Origin: Brevibacterium luteolum
Lineage (GTDB): Bacteria > Actinomycetota > Actinomycetes > Actinomycetales > Brevibacteriaceae
Length of the DNA stretch: 64,000 nucleotides
Assembly (NCBI RefSeq): GCF_013004595.1
Contig: NZ_JABEMC010000002.1
Coordinates: 124,001-188,000 of the forward strand
Reading direction: 5' to 3'
The notes under the pieces were generated by a model. The model worked only from the letters and a program-made list of their open reading frames with translations. It did not search any database and had not been told where the DNA came from. Shown piece by piece: positions 1 to 9,473 of this stretch; position 1 is the stretch's first letter; every line of letters starts with the position of its first letter. A program made the position numbers and the translations under genes.

Positions 1-1345
1 GGCCTGCGATCGAGCGCGCCAACGTCGTCTTGCCGGAACCGGATTCACCCAGCAGGAGGGTGCACTCCCCGGCCTGCAGGTCGAGGTCGATCGATTTGAG
101 GATCGTCTTCGGCCCGTAGCTCAGGCCCAATCCGCGCACCTGCAGCACCGCATCGAGCGCCGGCGCCGTCGGCTGCGGCTCGCCCACCTGGTTTGCCGTC
201 GTCGCCCCGCCCGTACCCGAGGTGCCTGTCGCTGGGCTCGCGGTACCGGCGGTGCCGGACTCTGGGCTCGCGGTGCCGGTTTCCGAGCCCGAGGCGGTGG
301 CCGCCTCGGCGGCGGGGCTTGCGTGGGTGGCATCGGTGGTGAGCAGGTGGGTCTTCTGGCTCTTCTCAGCGTCCTTGGCTCTGGCTTCGGCGGCGGCCTT
401 CTCGTGCTCTGGCACGTCAGCGCGTTCGAAGTCGCCGATCCGGTTGCGTCCGGCCAGATCCGGCACGGCAGCCAGCAGCGTCTTCGTGTAGTCGTGCTGG
501 GGGCGTTCGAGCACATCGGCGCATGAGCCGTGTTCGACGATGCGCCCGCGCAGCATCACCGCGATTCGGTCGGCGATCTCTGCCACGACGGCGAGGTCGT
601 GGGTGATGTAGAGGCCGGCCACCTTGTTGCGCACGGTCATCTCGCGGATGGTGTCCAGCACCTGCGCCTGGGTGGCGACGTCGAGGCCGGTGGTCGGTTC
701 GTCGAGGACGAGCACATCGGGATACATCGCAAAGGCCATCGCAATCCCGATGCGCTGCTGCTGCCCGCCTGAGAGCTGGTGCGGCCAGCGCCGCTGGTAG
801 GCCTCGTCATCGGGCAGGCCGACTTCGCGCAGCACCTGACGGACCCGCTCGGCGCGTTCCTCGGCGGAGGAGCCGAAGCCGTGGATGTCGAGGACCTCGC
901 TGATCTGCTCGCCGACGCGCATGCCGGGGTTGAGTGAGAGCGCAGGATCCTGCGGAATGTAGGACACCCGCGCTCCGCGCAGCTGCCGCAGCGTGGCATC
1001 GGGCAGGGCGGTCATCTCCGCCGGTTCGTCGGCATCGGAGGGGTAGAGCCACACGGTGCCGCCGGCATGGGTGAGCCCGGTGCGGAAGTGGCCGAGCACC
1101 GCGAGCCCGACGGTCGTCTTGCCCGAGCCGGATTCGCCGACAAGCGCGAGGATCTCCGAGGGTTTGAGGTCGAGGTCGACGTCGGTGATGACGTCGGCTC
1201 CCGAGGCGGTGGCGGTGATGTGCAGATCGTCGATCTCGAGGACGTTGCCGCCCTCCTGTGCCCGCGCGTGCCAGGCTGAGGAGCGGCGCGCAGACGGGCT
1301 GACCGTGGCGATGCTGCCGGTGGAAGTCGTGTCGAAGCTGCTCAT
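1..1345 (-). CDS. Dipeptide/oligopeptide-type ABC transporter ATPase with two NBDs; 3' end runs off the window
   Basis: ATG at 1345 overlaps the permease stop (ATGA). Walker A GESGSGKT occurs twice (~1130 and ~40); LSGGQQQR signature and VLVLDEPTTGLD Walker B present. Confidence 0.9.
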   Translation of the reverse strand, partial: MSSFDTTSTGSIATVSPSARRSSAWHARAQEGGNVLEIDDLHITATASGADVITDVDLDLKPSEILALVGESGSGKTTVGLAVLGHFRTGLTHAGGTVWLYPSDADEPAEMTALPDATLRQLRGARVSYIPQDPALSLNPGMRVGEQISEVLDIHGFGSSAEERAERVRQVLREVGLPDDEAYQRRWPHQLSGGQQQRIGIAMAFAMYPDVLVLDEPTTGLDVATQAQVLDTIREMTVRNKVAGLYITHDLAVVAEIADRIAVMLRGRIVEHGSCADVLERPQHDYTKTLLAAVPDLAGRNRIGDFERADVPEHEKAAAEARAKDAEKSQKTHLLTTDATHASPAAEAATASGSETGTASPESGTAGTASPATGTSGTGGATTANQVGEPQPTAPALDAVLQVRGLGLSYGPKTILKSIDLDLQAGECTLLLGESGSGKTTLARSIAG

Positions 1346-2319
1346 TGCTCACCTACATTCGATGTGGCCGAGGCCCGTGCGATCGAGTCGGCGATGAGGT
1401 TCGTGCCGATGGTCAGCAGTGCGATCGCTGCCACCGGCAGAAGCACACCCCAGGGCTGGATGGACAGTGCGATGCGGTTCTCGTTGATCATCAGGCCCCA
1501 GTCGGCGGTCGGCGGCTGCATGCCCAAACCCAGGAAGGACAGCGAAGCGATCGCACCGATCGAATATGTCAGGCGCAGGCCGGCCTCAACGGCCATCGGG
1601 CCGGTGATGTTGGGCATGATCTCGCGGGTCAGCAGCCGCAGACGCGGCATCGCGTACATTTCGGCCGCCCGGATGTAGTCCTCGTTGATGACTCCGAGAG
1701 TGGCCGAGCGGGCCACGCGTGCGATGCGCGGGGCGTGGGTGATGCCGATGACGGTGATGAGCACCCAGCCCCGAGGCCCGAGCACGGTGATCGCCAGCAG
1801 CGCGAAGACGAGCTGCGGAATCGCCAGCAGTACATCGTTGCTGCGCATGATGAGCGAGTCGAGCCAGCCGCCGGTGTAGGCCGCGGTCATCCCGAAGAGC
1901 ACGCCGAGCACCAGGCCGATGAGGGTGGCGAGCAGCGCGTAGAGGAGGAGCGTCAGGCCGCCGCCGATGAACCGGGTGAAGACATCGCGTCCGAGGTTGT
2001 CGGATCCGGCGATCCCGTCGGGTTGAAAGGGGCGGGCGACGAATTCCGTCGTCGTGTATCCCGTCGCCCAGGGCACGAAGAGCGGGCCGAGGAAGGCCAG
2101 CAGCACGACTGCGGCGGTGATGATGACGCCGATCTTCGCCTGCTTCTGCGCCCAGAACCGGGTGAGCACGGTGTTGCGCTGGCCGGTGTGGGCGTCCTTG
2201 GTCGCCAGGCTCGGGGCCGCCGCCGAGGCAGTGGTCGCCGGGTCGAGGTCGGCGCGCTGTTCGACGGCGGAGCTGTCGCGGTCGGCCGCGCCGGTGTGCG
2301 GAGGCGGGGTGGTGGTCAT
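1342..2319 (-). CDS. Peptide ABC transporter permease (DppC/OppC-like)
   Basis: GSDNLGRDVF motif, EAA loop (YIRAAEMYA), LSFLGLG..PP..DWGLMI. Confidence 0.92.
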   Translation of the reverse strand: MTTTPPPHTGAADRDSSAVEQRADLDPATTASAAAPSLATKDAHTGQRNTVLTRFWAQKQAKIGVIITAAVVLLAFLGPLFVPWATGYTTTEFVARPFQPDGIAGSDNLGRDVFTRFIGGGLTLLLYALLATLIGLVLGVLFGMTAAYTGGWLDSLIMRSNDVLLAIPQLVFALLAITVLGPRGWVLITVIGITHAPRIARVARSATLGVINEDYIRAAEMYAMPRLRLLTREIMPNITGPMAVEAGLRLTYSIGAIASLSFLGLGMQPPTADWGLMINENRIALSIQPWGVLLPVAAIALLTIGTNLIADSIARASATSNVGEQ

Positions 2320-3278
2320 CAGGCGTCACCTCCGGTGCGCAGCTTGGGGTTGGTGAGGATGCCGACGATGTCGGCGAGCAGGTTGACGATGACGTAGATG
2401 AGGGCGACGATCATCGTCACCGCCTGCACGACCTGCACATCGCGGTAGTCGACGGCGTCGATGAGCGCCTGCCCGAGCCCGGGGAAGCGGAAGAGGAACT
2501 CGACGACGACGACACCGCCGGCCATCCAGGCCAGCTGGATGGCGATCACCTGTGCAACCGGGCCGATCGCGTGCGGCAGAGCGTGCCGGAAGATGACGCG
2601 GCGTTCGGGCACCCCTTTGAGGCGGGCCATCTCGACGTAGCCGGAGTCGAGGACTTCGAGCATCGTCGCGCGCATCATGCGCGCGATGTAGGGAGTGACG
2701 ACGAGGACGAGCACCGCAATCGGCAGGATGAGCTGGCTGGGGAAGTCCCACACCTGGCTGCCTGGCGGCCGCATCGTCACCGCCGGCAGGATGGTGAAGA
2801 CGGTCGTGGAGAAGAACGCGACGAGCGCGATGCCGACGACGAACTCCGGCAGCGCGGCAAGCACGAGGGACAGGCCGGTGACGGTGTTGTCGACGGCCTT
2901 GCCGCGGCGCAGTGCGGAGACGATGCCGAGGATGACACCGGCCGGGATGCTGATGAGCGCAGCGGCGACCATGAGCAGCACCGAGGAGCCGACCCGGTCG
3001 CTCAGCAGCTGGCTGACCGGCTGGCCGGTGGCCACCGACGTGCCGAGATCGCCGACGAACAGCCCTCCCAGCCACAGGAAGTAGCGGGTCAGCGGCGGCT
3101 CGTTGAGATTCATCTGCTCGTTGATCGCGGCAATCCGCTCCGGGGTGGCCTGCTGGCCGAGGATCGCGCGGGCCGGGTCCCCGGGCAGCAGCACGGTGGC
3201 GAAGAAGATGATGAGGGAGACGGCAAGCAGGATGACGATGCTGATCGCCAGCCGTTGGAGGATGAGTCTGACGATCAT
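2319..3278 (-). CDS. Peptide ABC transporter permease (DppB/OppB-like)
   Basis: LPGDPARAILG, GDLGTS, YVEMARLKGV, VVEFLFRFPGLG; ATG at 3278 coupled to the upstream stop. Confidence 0.92.
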   Translation of the reverse strand: MIVRLILQRLAISIVILLAVSLIIFFATVLLPGDPARAILGQQATPERIAAINEQMNLNEPPLTRYFLWLGGLFVGDLGTSVATGQPVSQLLSDRVGSSVLLMVAAALISIPAGVILGIVSALRRGKAVDNTVTGLSLVLAALPEFVVGIALVAFFSTTVFTILPAVTMRPPGSQVWDFPSQLILPIAVLVLVVTPYIARMMRATMLEVLDSGYVEMARLKGVPERRVIFRHALPHAIGPVAQVIAIQLAWMAGGVVVVEFLFRFPGLGQALIDAVDYRDVQVVQAVTMIVALIYVIVNLLADIVGILTNPKLRTGGDA

Positions 3279-4861
3279 GCGACGTCTCCGATCCACACGC
3301 GGTGCAGGTTGAAGCCGGAGAGCGGCAGGCCGGTGGCGTTCTCGACGATGCCGCCGAGGTACGACTGGTAGGCGTCGACCTGGTTGGCGAAGCCCCAGAT
3401 GATGAGGCCGCCACGGTCATAGAGGATCCGCTGGGCCTGCTCGACGAGTGCGCTGCGCTTGGCGGTGTCGGTCTCCCGCCGGGCGGCGGCGATGACCTCC
3501 TTGAACTCCTCGTCGTCCCAGTGCGTTTCGTTGAACGGCGCATCGGGCATGGTGCCGGAGTTCGTCTGTCCGAGGAAGTTGCGGGTGTACCAGAACGACT
3601 GCGAGAACGGATAGTTGAGATAGTCGCCCCAGTACGAGGTCAGGTCCATCCGCTTGATGTTGATGGTGATGCCAGCCTCGCTGGCCTGCTCGGCGAACAC
3701 CTGTGCGGCTTCGACGACGCCGGCCTGGATCGGCGCGGTGACGAGCTCGACCTCGAGCCCGTCGGGATGGCCGGCCTCGGCGAGCAGCCGTTTGGCTCCC
3801 TCGATGTCCTGCTGGCGCTGCGGGAACTCCGGGTAGGCGGGGTCGTAGGGCGAGTACATGTCGTTGGCGACGCGGCCGAAGCCCGAGAGCACCTGCTCGA
3901 CCATCTCCTCGCGGTCGATCGCCAGCCGGAAGGCCTGCCGGACGCGTTCGTCGTCGAAGGGCTCGACGTCGACGCGCATGGTGAACGGCAGCCACATGCC
4001 GGTCTCGGAGTTGAGCACCTGCATGCGCGCATCGGCGCTGATGACTTCGGCCAATGCCGCCGGGATCTGGGCCACGGCGTCGACCTGGGTGGACAGCAGC
4101 GCATTGATGAGTGCATCTGTGTCGTTGAAGTTCAGCAGCTGCACCTCGTCGAGGTACGGCCCTTCGTCGCCCCAGTAGTGAGGGTTGGCGCGCAGGATCG
4201 TCGACTGTGCCGGTGTGAAGCTCTCGAGCATGAATGGCCCGGTGCCCACAGGATTCTGCGGGTCGAAGTCGGCGGGCACGATGATGTTCGCGTACTGGCT
4301 GAGGGTGTCGTCGAGCGCGGTATCGGGGGTGCTGAGGTGGATCTCGACGGTATGGTCGTCGATCTCGCGCACTTCTTCGACGGCAGCCAGGGAGGCGGCG
4401 CCGTTCTTCGGATCGTCGGGGTCGACGATGCGTTCGATGCTGGCGCGCACATCGGCAGGCGTCAGCGGCCGGCCGTCGGAGAAGGTCACGCCCTCGCGCA
4501 GGCGCACCGTCCACACAGTCGCATCGTCATTGGAGGTGACCTCGGTGGCGAGCATCGGCACGAGGTTGTAGTCGTCGTCGCGGGTAAGCAGCGAGTCGTA
4601 CATGTTGACCGCCCGGGCAACGTCGCCGAGGTTGGTGGCGACAGCGCCGTCGAGGGTGTCGGCAGCGCCGCCGCCGACGAAGCCGAGCCGCATCGTCCCG
4701 CCCTTCTTCGGCGGCCCTGTGACCTCAGCGGCCGGCCCGACGGCCGGCTGGGTGCCGGTGGCGCAGCCGGCGAGCATGAGGCCCATGCCCATGCCGGCGC
4801 CGCCGAGAACCGCCCGCCTGGTCAGCCCCTGCGGCGGTGCGGGTGGGGGTGGTGCTGTCAT
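3275..4861 (-). CDS. ABC substrate-binding lipoprotein, family 5, Tat-type signal
   Basis: LTRRAVL twin-arginine motif, lipobox LAGC, PVGTGPF, PFDDERVRQA. Confidence 0.92.
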   Translation of the reverse strand: MTAPPPPAPPQGLTRRAVLGGAGMGMGLMLAGCATGTQPAVGPAAEVTGPPKKGGTMRLGFVGGGAADTLDGAVATNLGDVARAVNMYDSLLTRDDDYNLVPMLATEVTSNDDATVWTVRLREGVTFSDGRPLTPADVRASIERIVDPDDPKNGAASLAAVEEVREIDDHTVEIHLSTPDTALDDTLSQYANIIVPADFDPQNPVGTGPFMLESFTPAQSTILRANPHYWGDEGPYLDEVQLLNFNDTDALINALLSTQVDAVAQIPAALAEVISADARMQVLNSETGMWLPFTMRVDVEPFDDERVRQAFRLAIDREEMVEQVLSGFGRVANDMYSPYDPAYPEFPQRQQDIEGAKRLLAEAGHPDGLEVELVTAPIQAGVVEAAQVFAEQASEAGITINIKRMDLTSYWGDYLNYPFSQSFWYTRNFLGQTNSGTMPDAPFNETHWDDEEFKEVIAAARRETDTAKRSALVEQAQRILYDRGGLIIWGFANQVDAYQSYLGGIVENATGLPLSGFNLHRVWIGDVA

Positions 4862-5961
4862 GATGCGGGCTCTCCTTTCGTCCTCGCCGCCCGCGCCGAA
4901 GGAGCGGGCGCGGTGTGCGCGTCGCTTTCCAGCAGGCCGGGAGTCAGGATGGTGTCGGTGAGGTAGCGGTCGATGAGTGTGTGCGGGTGGTCAACAGCCC
5001 CGGCGAGGGTGCGCAGCACGAGTCCGTCGAGGAAGATCGTCAGCTGGCCGGCCGCCTCGGCTGGGCTGGTGAGGTCGAAGGCACCGTCGCGCTGGCCGGC
5101 GGCCAGGCAGGCGGTGAGAATCGCGTCCCAGTCAGCGGCAAGCCCGGCCGCCTGGTTGCGGGAGCCTGCGCCCACGGCGATCTCGGCGTAGTTCTGCAGC
5201 CAGATCGACCAGTCCCCGGCCAAGGGGGTGGCCGCGTCGGCGTCGGTGATGCGCGCCGCGAAGCCGCGAGGGATCTTCATCTCGATGAGTGACTGCAGCA
5301 GTGCGCGGTGCTCGGCTGGTGCGCAGGCGGCTGGGGCGCGGGCCTGCAGGAGGGCGGCGCGCTCGCTGGCCAGCCGCTGGGCGGAGTGCTGGAGGGCTGC
5401 GTCGAAGACCTCTCTCTTGGAGGTGTGGTAGTAGTGCAGGCCGGCTGCGCTGATCCCGGCTTGGCGGGCGATGTCGATCATCCGCACCCGGTGGTAGCCC
5501 CATTCGGAGAACAGCTGCCAGGCCGCCTCAGCGATCCTGGCGCGCATCCGCTGCGCTTTCGCTCCGCCCGGCCGGCTTGACTCGGCTGCGCTGTCCACCG
5601 GGCCCGAGGCGGTGGCTGGGCTGGGTGCCCGCGTCTCCGAGGCGGCGGGGGCGCTGGCCCGCTGTGCGGCGGGCGCGTCCGCGCCAGGTGTGCTGGCGAC
5701 GGTCGGTTCGACTCCGGCGGCGCTGGTGGTCACTCCCCTGCTGAGCCAGTCGAGGGAGACACCGGTGAGCTCAGCAATGGCCGAAAGCTCCTCAATGCGG
5801 AAACGCCGGGCACCGGAGAGCGACTTCGACAGCTTCGTCTTGTCCAGACCGATGTGCCGGGCCGCCTCGACCTGGCTGAACTCACTGTCGCGCAGGGCGC
5901 GCGCAACACGTGCAGCCACCGATGCGGTGGCCGCCGAGGCAGGCAGTGTCGCGGCAGTCAT
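4858..5961 (-). CDS. Transcriptional regulator: N-terminal XRE HTH fused to a TetR/BetI-like domain
   Basis: SQVEAARHIGLDKTKLSKSLSGARR (XRE) and RIAEAAWQLFSEWGY..VRMIDIARQAGIS...LHYY (TetR). -10-like TACGGT lies 6 nt before the ATG (leaderless). Confidence 0.82.
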   Translation of the reverse strand: MTAATLPASAATASVAARVARALRDSEFSQVEAARHIGLDKTKLSKSLSGARRFRIEELSAIAELTGVSLDWLSRGVTTSAAGVEPTVASTPGADAPAAQRASAPAASETRAPSPATASGPVDSAAESSRPGGAKAQRMRARIAEAAWQLFSEWGYHRVRMIDIARQAGISAAGLHYYHTSKREVFDAALQHSAQRLASERAALLQARAPAACAPAEHRALLQSLIEMKIPRGFAARITDADAATPLAGDWSIWLQNYAEIAVGAGSRNQAAGLAADWDAILTACLAAGQRDGAFDLTSPAEAAGQLTIFLDGLVLRTLAGAVDHPHTLIDRYLTDTILTPGLLESDAHTAPAPSARAARTKGEPAS

Positions 5962-6234
5962 GGCCTCACCGTACAGTGAAGTTGCGAGAATCGCTACGTT
6001 GCCGGTCGCCAACCGGTTTGAAACCTGGGTCACAGCGCATCCGCGGCAGCCACACTGACCCCACCGCGCACCTCCGGGCAGCAGCCCGTCTGATGCCCGG
6101 CAATCACGCTGCATCCACTCCCCCGCGCCCACTCCATGACCGGATGCCGAGAGGCTGTTGACGCGCACCGCCGAGCAGGTAAAGTTAGTAAACAATCGTT
6201 CAGCAAGTATTCAAGCGATCTGCCGGGAGGCACC

Positions 6235-6990
6235 ATGAGCCAGCGTTTCACGGGGAAGACTGCGATCGTCACGGGCGCATCGCGCGGCATCGGCTTCGGC
6301 ATCGCCGAACGCCTCGTCGCCGAAGGAGCACGGGTGTGCATCACCGCCCGCGGTGAGGCGGCACTCGCCGAGGCAGCCGAGAAGCTCGGCGGGCCGGACA
6401 AGGCGATCTGCGTCGCCGGCAAAGCCGATCGCCCCGAGCACCAGGATGAGGCGATCGCCAAGACGACCGAGGCCTTCGGGCCGATCGACATCCTCGTCAA
6501 CAACACCGGCATCAATCCCGTCTACGGCCCGATGATCGACCTCGACCTCGATGCCGCCCGCAAGGTCTTCGAGGTCAACGACATCTCCGCACTCTCCTGG
6601 ACCCAGAAGGTCTACGCTGCATCGCTGGCCGAGCGTGGCGGCGCGGTTCTCAACGTCGCCTCGGTCGCAGGCCTCGGCCAGCCCGAGGGCATCGGCTTCT
6701 ACGGATCGTCCAAGGCGATGCTCGTGCACATCACCCGTCAGCTGGCGATGGAGCTCGGACCGGGCATCCGCGTCAACGGCGTGGCTCCGGCCGTCGTCAA
6801 GACCCGGTTTGCCGAGAAGCTCTACGCCCACGACGAAGAGGGGGTGGCCGCGGCCTATCCGCTCAAGCGGCTCGGCACTCCTGAGGACATCGCAGCAGCC
6901 GCAGCCTTCCTGCTCTCCGACGAGGCCGGCTGGATCACCGGCCAGATCCTGACCCTCGACGGCGGCATGACACTGTGCGGCGGCGTCTGA
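6235..6990 (+). CDS. Short-chain dehydrogenase/reductase
   Basis: TGASRGIG, NNTG and YGSSK catalytic motif; RBS GGAGG. Confidence 0.92.
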   Translation: MSQRFTGKTAIVTGASRGIGFGIAERLVAEGARVCITARGEAALAEAAEKLGGPDKAICVAGKADRPEHQDEAIAKTTEAFGPIDILVNNTGINPVYGPMIDLDLDAARKVFEVNDISALSWTQKVYAASLAERGGAVLNVASVAGLGQPEGIGFYGSSKAMLVHITRQLAMELGPGIRVNGVAPAVVKTRFAEKLYAHDEEGVAAAYPLKRLGTPEDIAAAAAFLLSDEAGWITGQILTLDGGMTLCGGV

Positions 6991-7027
6991 CCCAGACCCC
7001 TCAGCCAGCTGCCTGCTGACCCTTCCT

Positions 7028-7066
7028 GCGAACGCCCGGTCGAGCCCGCCTCAGCCGGGCGTTCGC
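7028..7066 (+). terminator. Stem-loop after the SDR gene
   Basis: GCGAACGCCCGG...CCGGGCGTTCGC, 12-bp inverted repeat. Confidence 0.7.
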
Positions 7067-7136
7067 GCTGCCAGCGATCAGCCGGATGTGCTTCGCGTCA
7101 CAAAGCGCCCTGCAAGCATGCGAACCGCCGGGGGAG

Positions 7137-7218
7137 TTAGGTAACATTAGCCTAACGAACTTTGGACACGTTTCCGTTTCGTAAATGGGTGAGCGTAGCC
7201 TTAGTGTGGCTCACCTAA
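7137..7218 (+). promoter_or_regulatory. DtxR/IdeR iron boxes (7137-7155; weaker copies at 7185-7203 and 7200-7218)
   Basis: TTAGGTAACATTAGCCTAA matches the 19-bp TWAGGTWAGSCTWACCTWA consensus, upstream of a siderophore importer. Confidence 0.85.
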
Positions 7219-7317
7219 GCAGTCGGGAGTTCCCGTCTGTCCGAGCCATACCGTTACGCCCCAGCGCGTCACCGGTGAAGTCCACTGGCTGCGCGCACTC
7301 GAAAGGAGCCCTACCTG

Positions 7318-8304
7318 ATGCGGATCAAGCATCGCCGCCTGAGCGCCGTCGCTGCTCTCTCAGCCGTCGCACTCACCCTCAGCGCCTGCGGTTCAGGCAC
7401 CGGCACCTCGGCGGAGGAGACCCCCGAGAACTCCGCGACCGTGACCGTCGAAGACAACAACGGCACGCACGAGATCGCCACGCCGCCCACGAGCGTCGTC
7501 GCCACCGACAACCGCACCTTCCAGACTCTTGATGACTGGGGCGTGGAGCTCAAGGCCGGCGCCGTGGCCCTCATGCCCGAGAGCGTCTCCTACACCCAGA
7601 ACGAGGATGTCATCGACCTCGGCAACCACCGCGAGCCCAACCTCGAAGCCGTCGTCGAAGCCCAGCCGGATCTCATCATCAACGGTCAGCGCTTCGCCCA
7701 GTACCAGGAGGATCTCGCCAAGCTGGCCCCGGATGCCACGATCCTCAACCTCGATCCGCGCGACGACCAGCCCCTCGACGCTGAGCTCAAGCGCCAGACC
7801 GAGGTGCTCGGCGAGGTGTTCGGCAAGCAGGAGGAGGCCAAGCAGCTCAACGAGGACTTCGATGCCTCGATCGAGCGGGTGAAGGAGGCCTACAACTCCG
7901 ATGACAAGGTCATGGGCGTCATCACCTCCGGCGGCGACATCAACTACTCCGCACCGAAGGTCGGCCGCACGCTCGGCCCGGTGTTCGACATCCTCGACCT
8001 GACCCCCTCGATCGAGGCTCCGGAGGGCGCATCGGATGACCACACCGGTGACGATATCTCCGTGGAGGCGATCGCCGACTCGAATCCGGACTGGCTGCTC
8101 GTGATGGACCGCGACACCGCGGTCGAAGACGATGCGAAGCCTGCCCAGAGCATCATCGAGGAGTCCCAGGCGCTCAAGAACGTCAACGCCGTGAAGAACG
8201 GCAACATCGTCTACATGCCCAAGGACACCTACCTTGCCGAGGGCATCCAGACGTACACCACCTTCTTCAACGACCTCGCCGACGCAATGGAGAACTCCCA
8301 GTGA
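7318..8304 (+). CDS. Ferric-siderophore ABC substrate-binding lipoprotein (CeuE/FatB/YclQ-like)
   Basis: Lipobox LSAC, EPNLEAV, NPDWLLVMDRD. Confidence 0.92.
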   Translation: MRIKHRRLSAVAALSAVALTLSACGSGTGTSAEETPENSATVTVEDNNGTHEIATPPTSVVATDNRTFQTLDDWGVELKAGAVALMPESVSYTQNEDVIDLGNHREPNLEAVVEAQPDLIINGQRFAQYQEDLAKLAPDATILNLDPRDDQPLDAELKRQTEVLGEVFGKQEEAKQLNEDFDASIERVKEAYNSDDKVMGVITSGGDINYSAPKVGRTLGPVFDILDLTPSIEAPEGASDDHTGDDISVEAIADSNPDWLLVMDRDTAVEDDAKPAQSIIEESQALKNVNAVKNGNIVYMPKDTYLAEGIQTYTTFFNDLADAMENSQ

Positions 8305-8372
8305 CACCGCGCCGGCGGTGCGGGCCTGCTCCGCGCCGCCGGCGGTCCACCTGATCCCAACCGATTGAGACG

Positions 8373-9473
8373 ATGAGCATCCACGAACGCCACCAGGCAC
8401 ACGCACCAGCTCACGGTGCCGCTGCCGGCGTGCTCGGATCCGCCGGCACGTCCGCCGGGGCACCTGGATCCGCCGGGGCGCCTGCGGCGGCCGCGCCCGA
8501 GGCGGTGGCCGGCACACGTGCATCGTCGCGCCTGTTCTCGTGGCCGCTGCTCATCGGCGTGCTTCTCACCGCAGCGCTGGTCGCCTCCTCGCTGTTCATC
8601 GGCGTCTACGACATCTTCGGCGCTGAAGACGGCTCGGAGATGTTCGCCATCACCCGCGTCCCGCGCACCATCGCCTTGGTGCTCGCCGGAGCGGCGATGG
8701 CAATGTCCGGTCTCGTCATGCAGCTGCTGACGCAGAACCGGTTCGTCGAGCCGACGACGACCGGCACCACCGAATGGGCGGGCCTGGGTCTGCTGCTGGC
8801 CTTCATCGCCTTCCCCGGCGCTCCGCTCATCGTCACCATGAGTGTGGCGATCATCACCGCATTCATCGGCACCCTCATCTTCTTCGCCTTCCTGCGCCGG
8901 GTGACACTGAAGTCCTCGCTCATCGTGCCGATCATCGGGCTCATGCTCGGCGCCGTCGTCGGCGCGGTCTCGACCTTCCTGGCCCTGCAGAACGACCTGC
9001 TGCAGACCGTCGGCATCTGGTTCGCCGGCTCCTTCACCGCGGTGCTGCGCGGCCAGTACGAACCGCTGTGGTTCGTGCTCATCGTCGTCATCGCGGTATT
9101 CATCGTCGCCGACCGGTTCACCGTCGCCGGCCTCGGCCAGGAGATCGCCACGAACGTCGGCCTGAACTACAACCAGGTGCTGCTGCTGGGCACCGGGCTC
9201 ATCGCGATCGCCACCGGCATCGTCACCGTCGTCGTCGGCAACCTGCCGTTCATCGGTCTCATCGTGCCCAACATCGTCTCCCTGTTCCGCGGTGACGACC
9301 TGCGCTCGAACCTGCCGTGGGTGTGTCTGCTCGGCATTGCGATCGTCACCGTCTGCGACATCATCGGCCGCACGATCGTCGCCCCCTTCGAGATCCCCGT
9401 CTCGCTCATCCTCGCTGTCGTCGGTGCAGCGGTCTTCATCACCCTGCTGCTGCGGAGGCGCCGGAATGGCTGA
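8373..9473 (+). CDS. Iron-siderophore ABC permease (CeuB/YclN-like, FecCD family)
   Basis: TRVPRT, MQLLTQNRFVEPTTTGT, LPFIGLIVPN. Confidence 0.92.
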   Translation: MSIHERHQAHAPAHGAAAGVLGSAGTSAGAPGSAGAPAAAAPEAVAGTRASSRLFSWPLLIGVLLTAALVASSLFIGVYDIFGAEDGSEMFAITRVPRTIALVLAGAAMAMSGLVMQLLTQNRFVEPTTTGTTEWAGLGLLLAFIAFPGAPLIVTMSVAIITAFIGTLIFFAFLRRVTLKSSLIVPIIGLMLGAVVGAVSTFLALQNDLLQTVGIWFAGSFTAVLRGQYEPLWFVLIVVIAVFIVADRFTVAGLGQEIATNVGLNYNQVLLLGTGLIAIATGIVTVVVGNLPFIGLIVPNIVSLFRGDDLRSNLPWVCLLGIAIVTVCDIIGRTIVAPFEIPVSLILAVVGAAVFITLLLRRRRNG

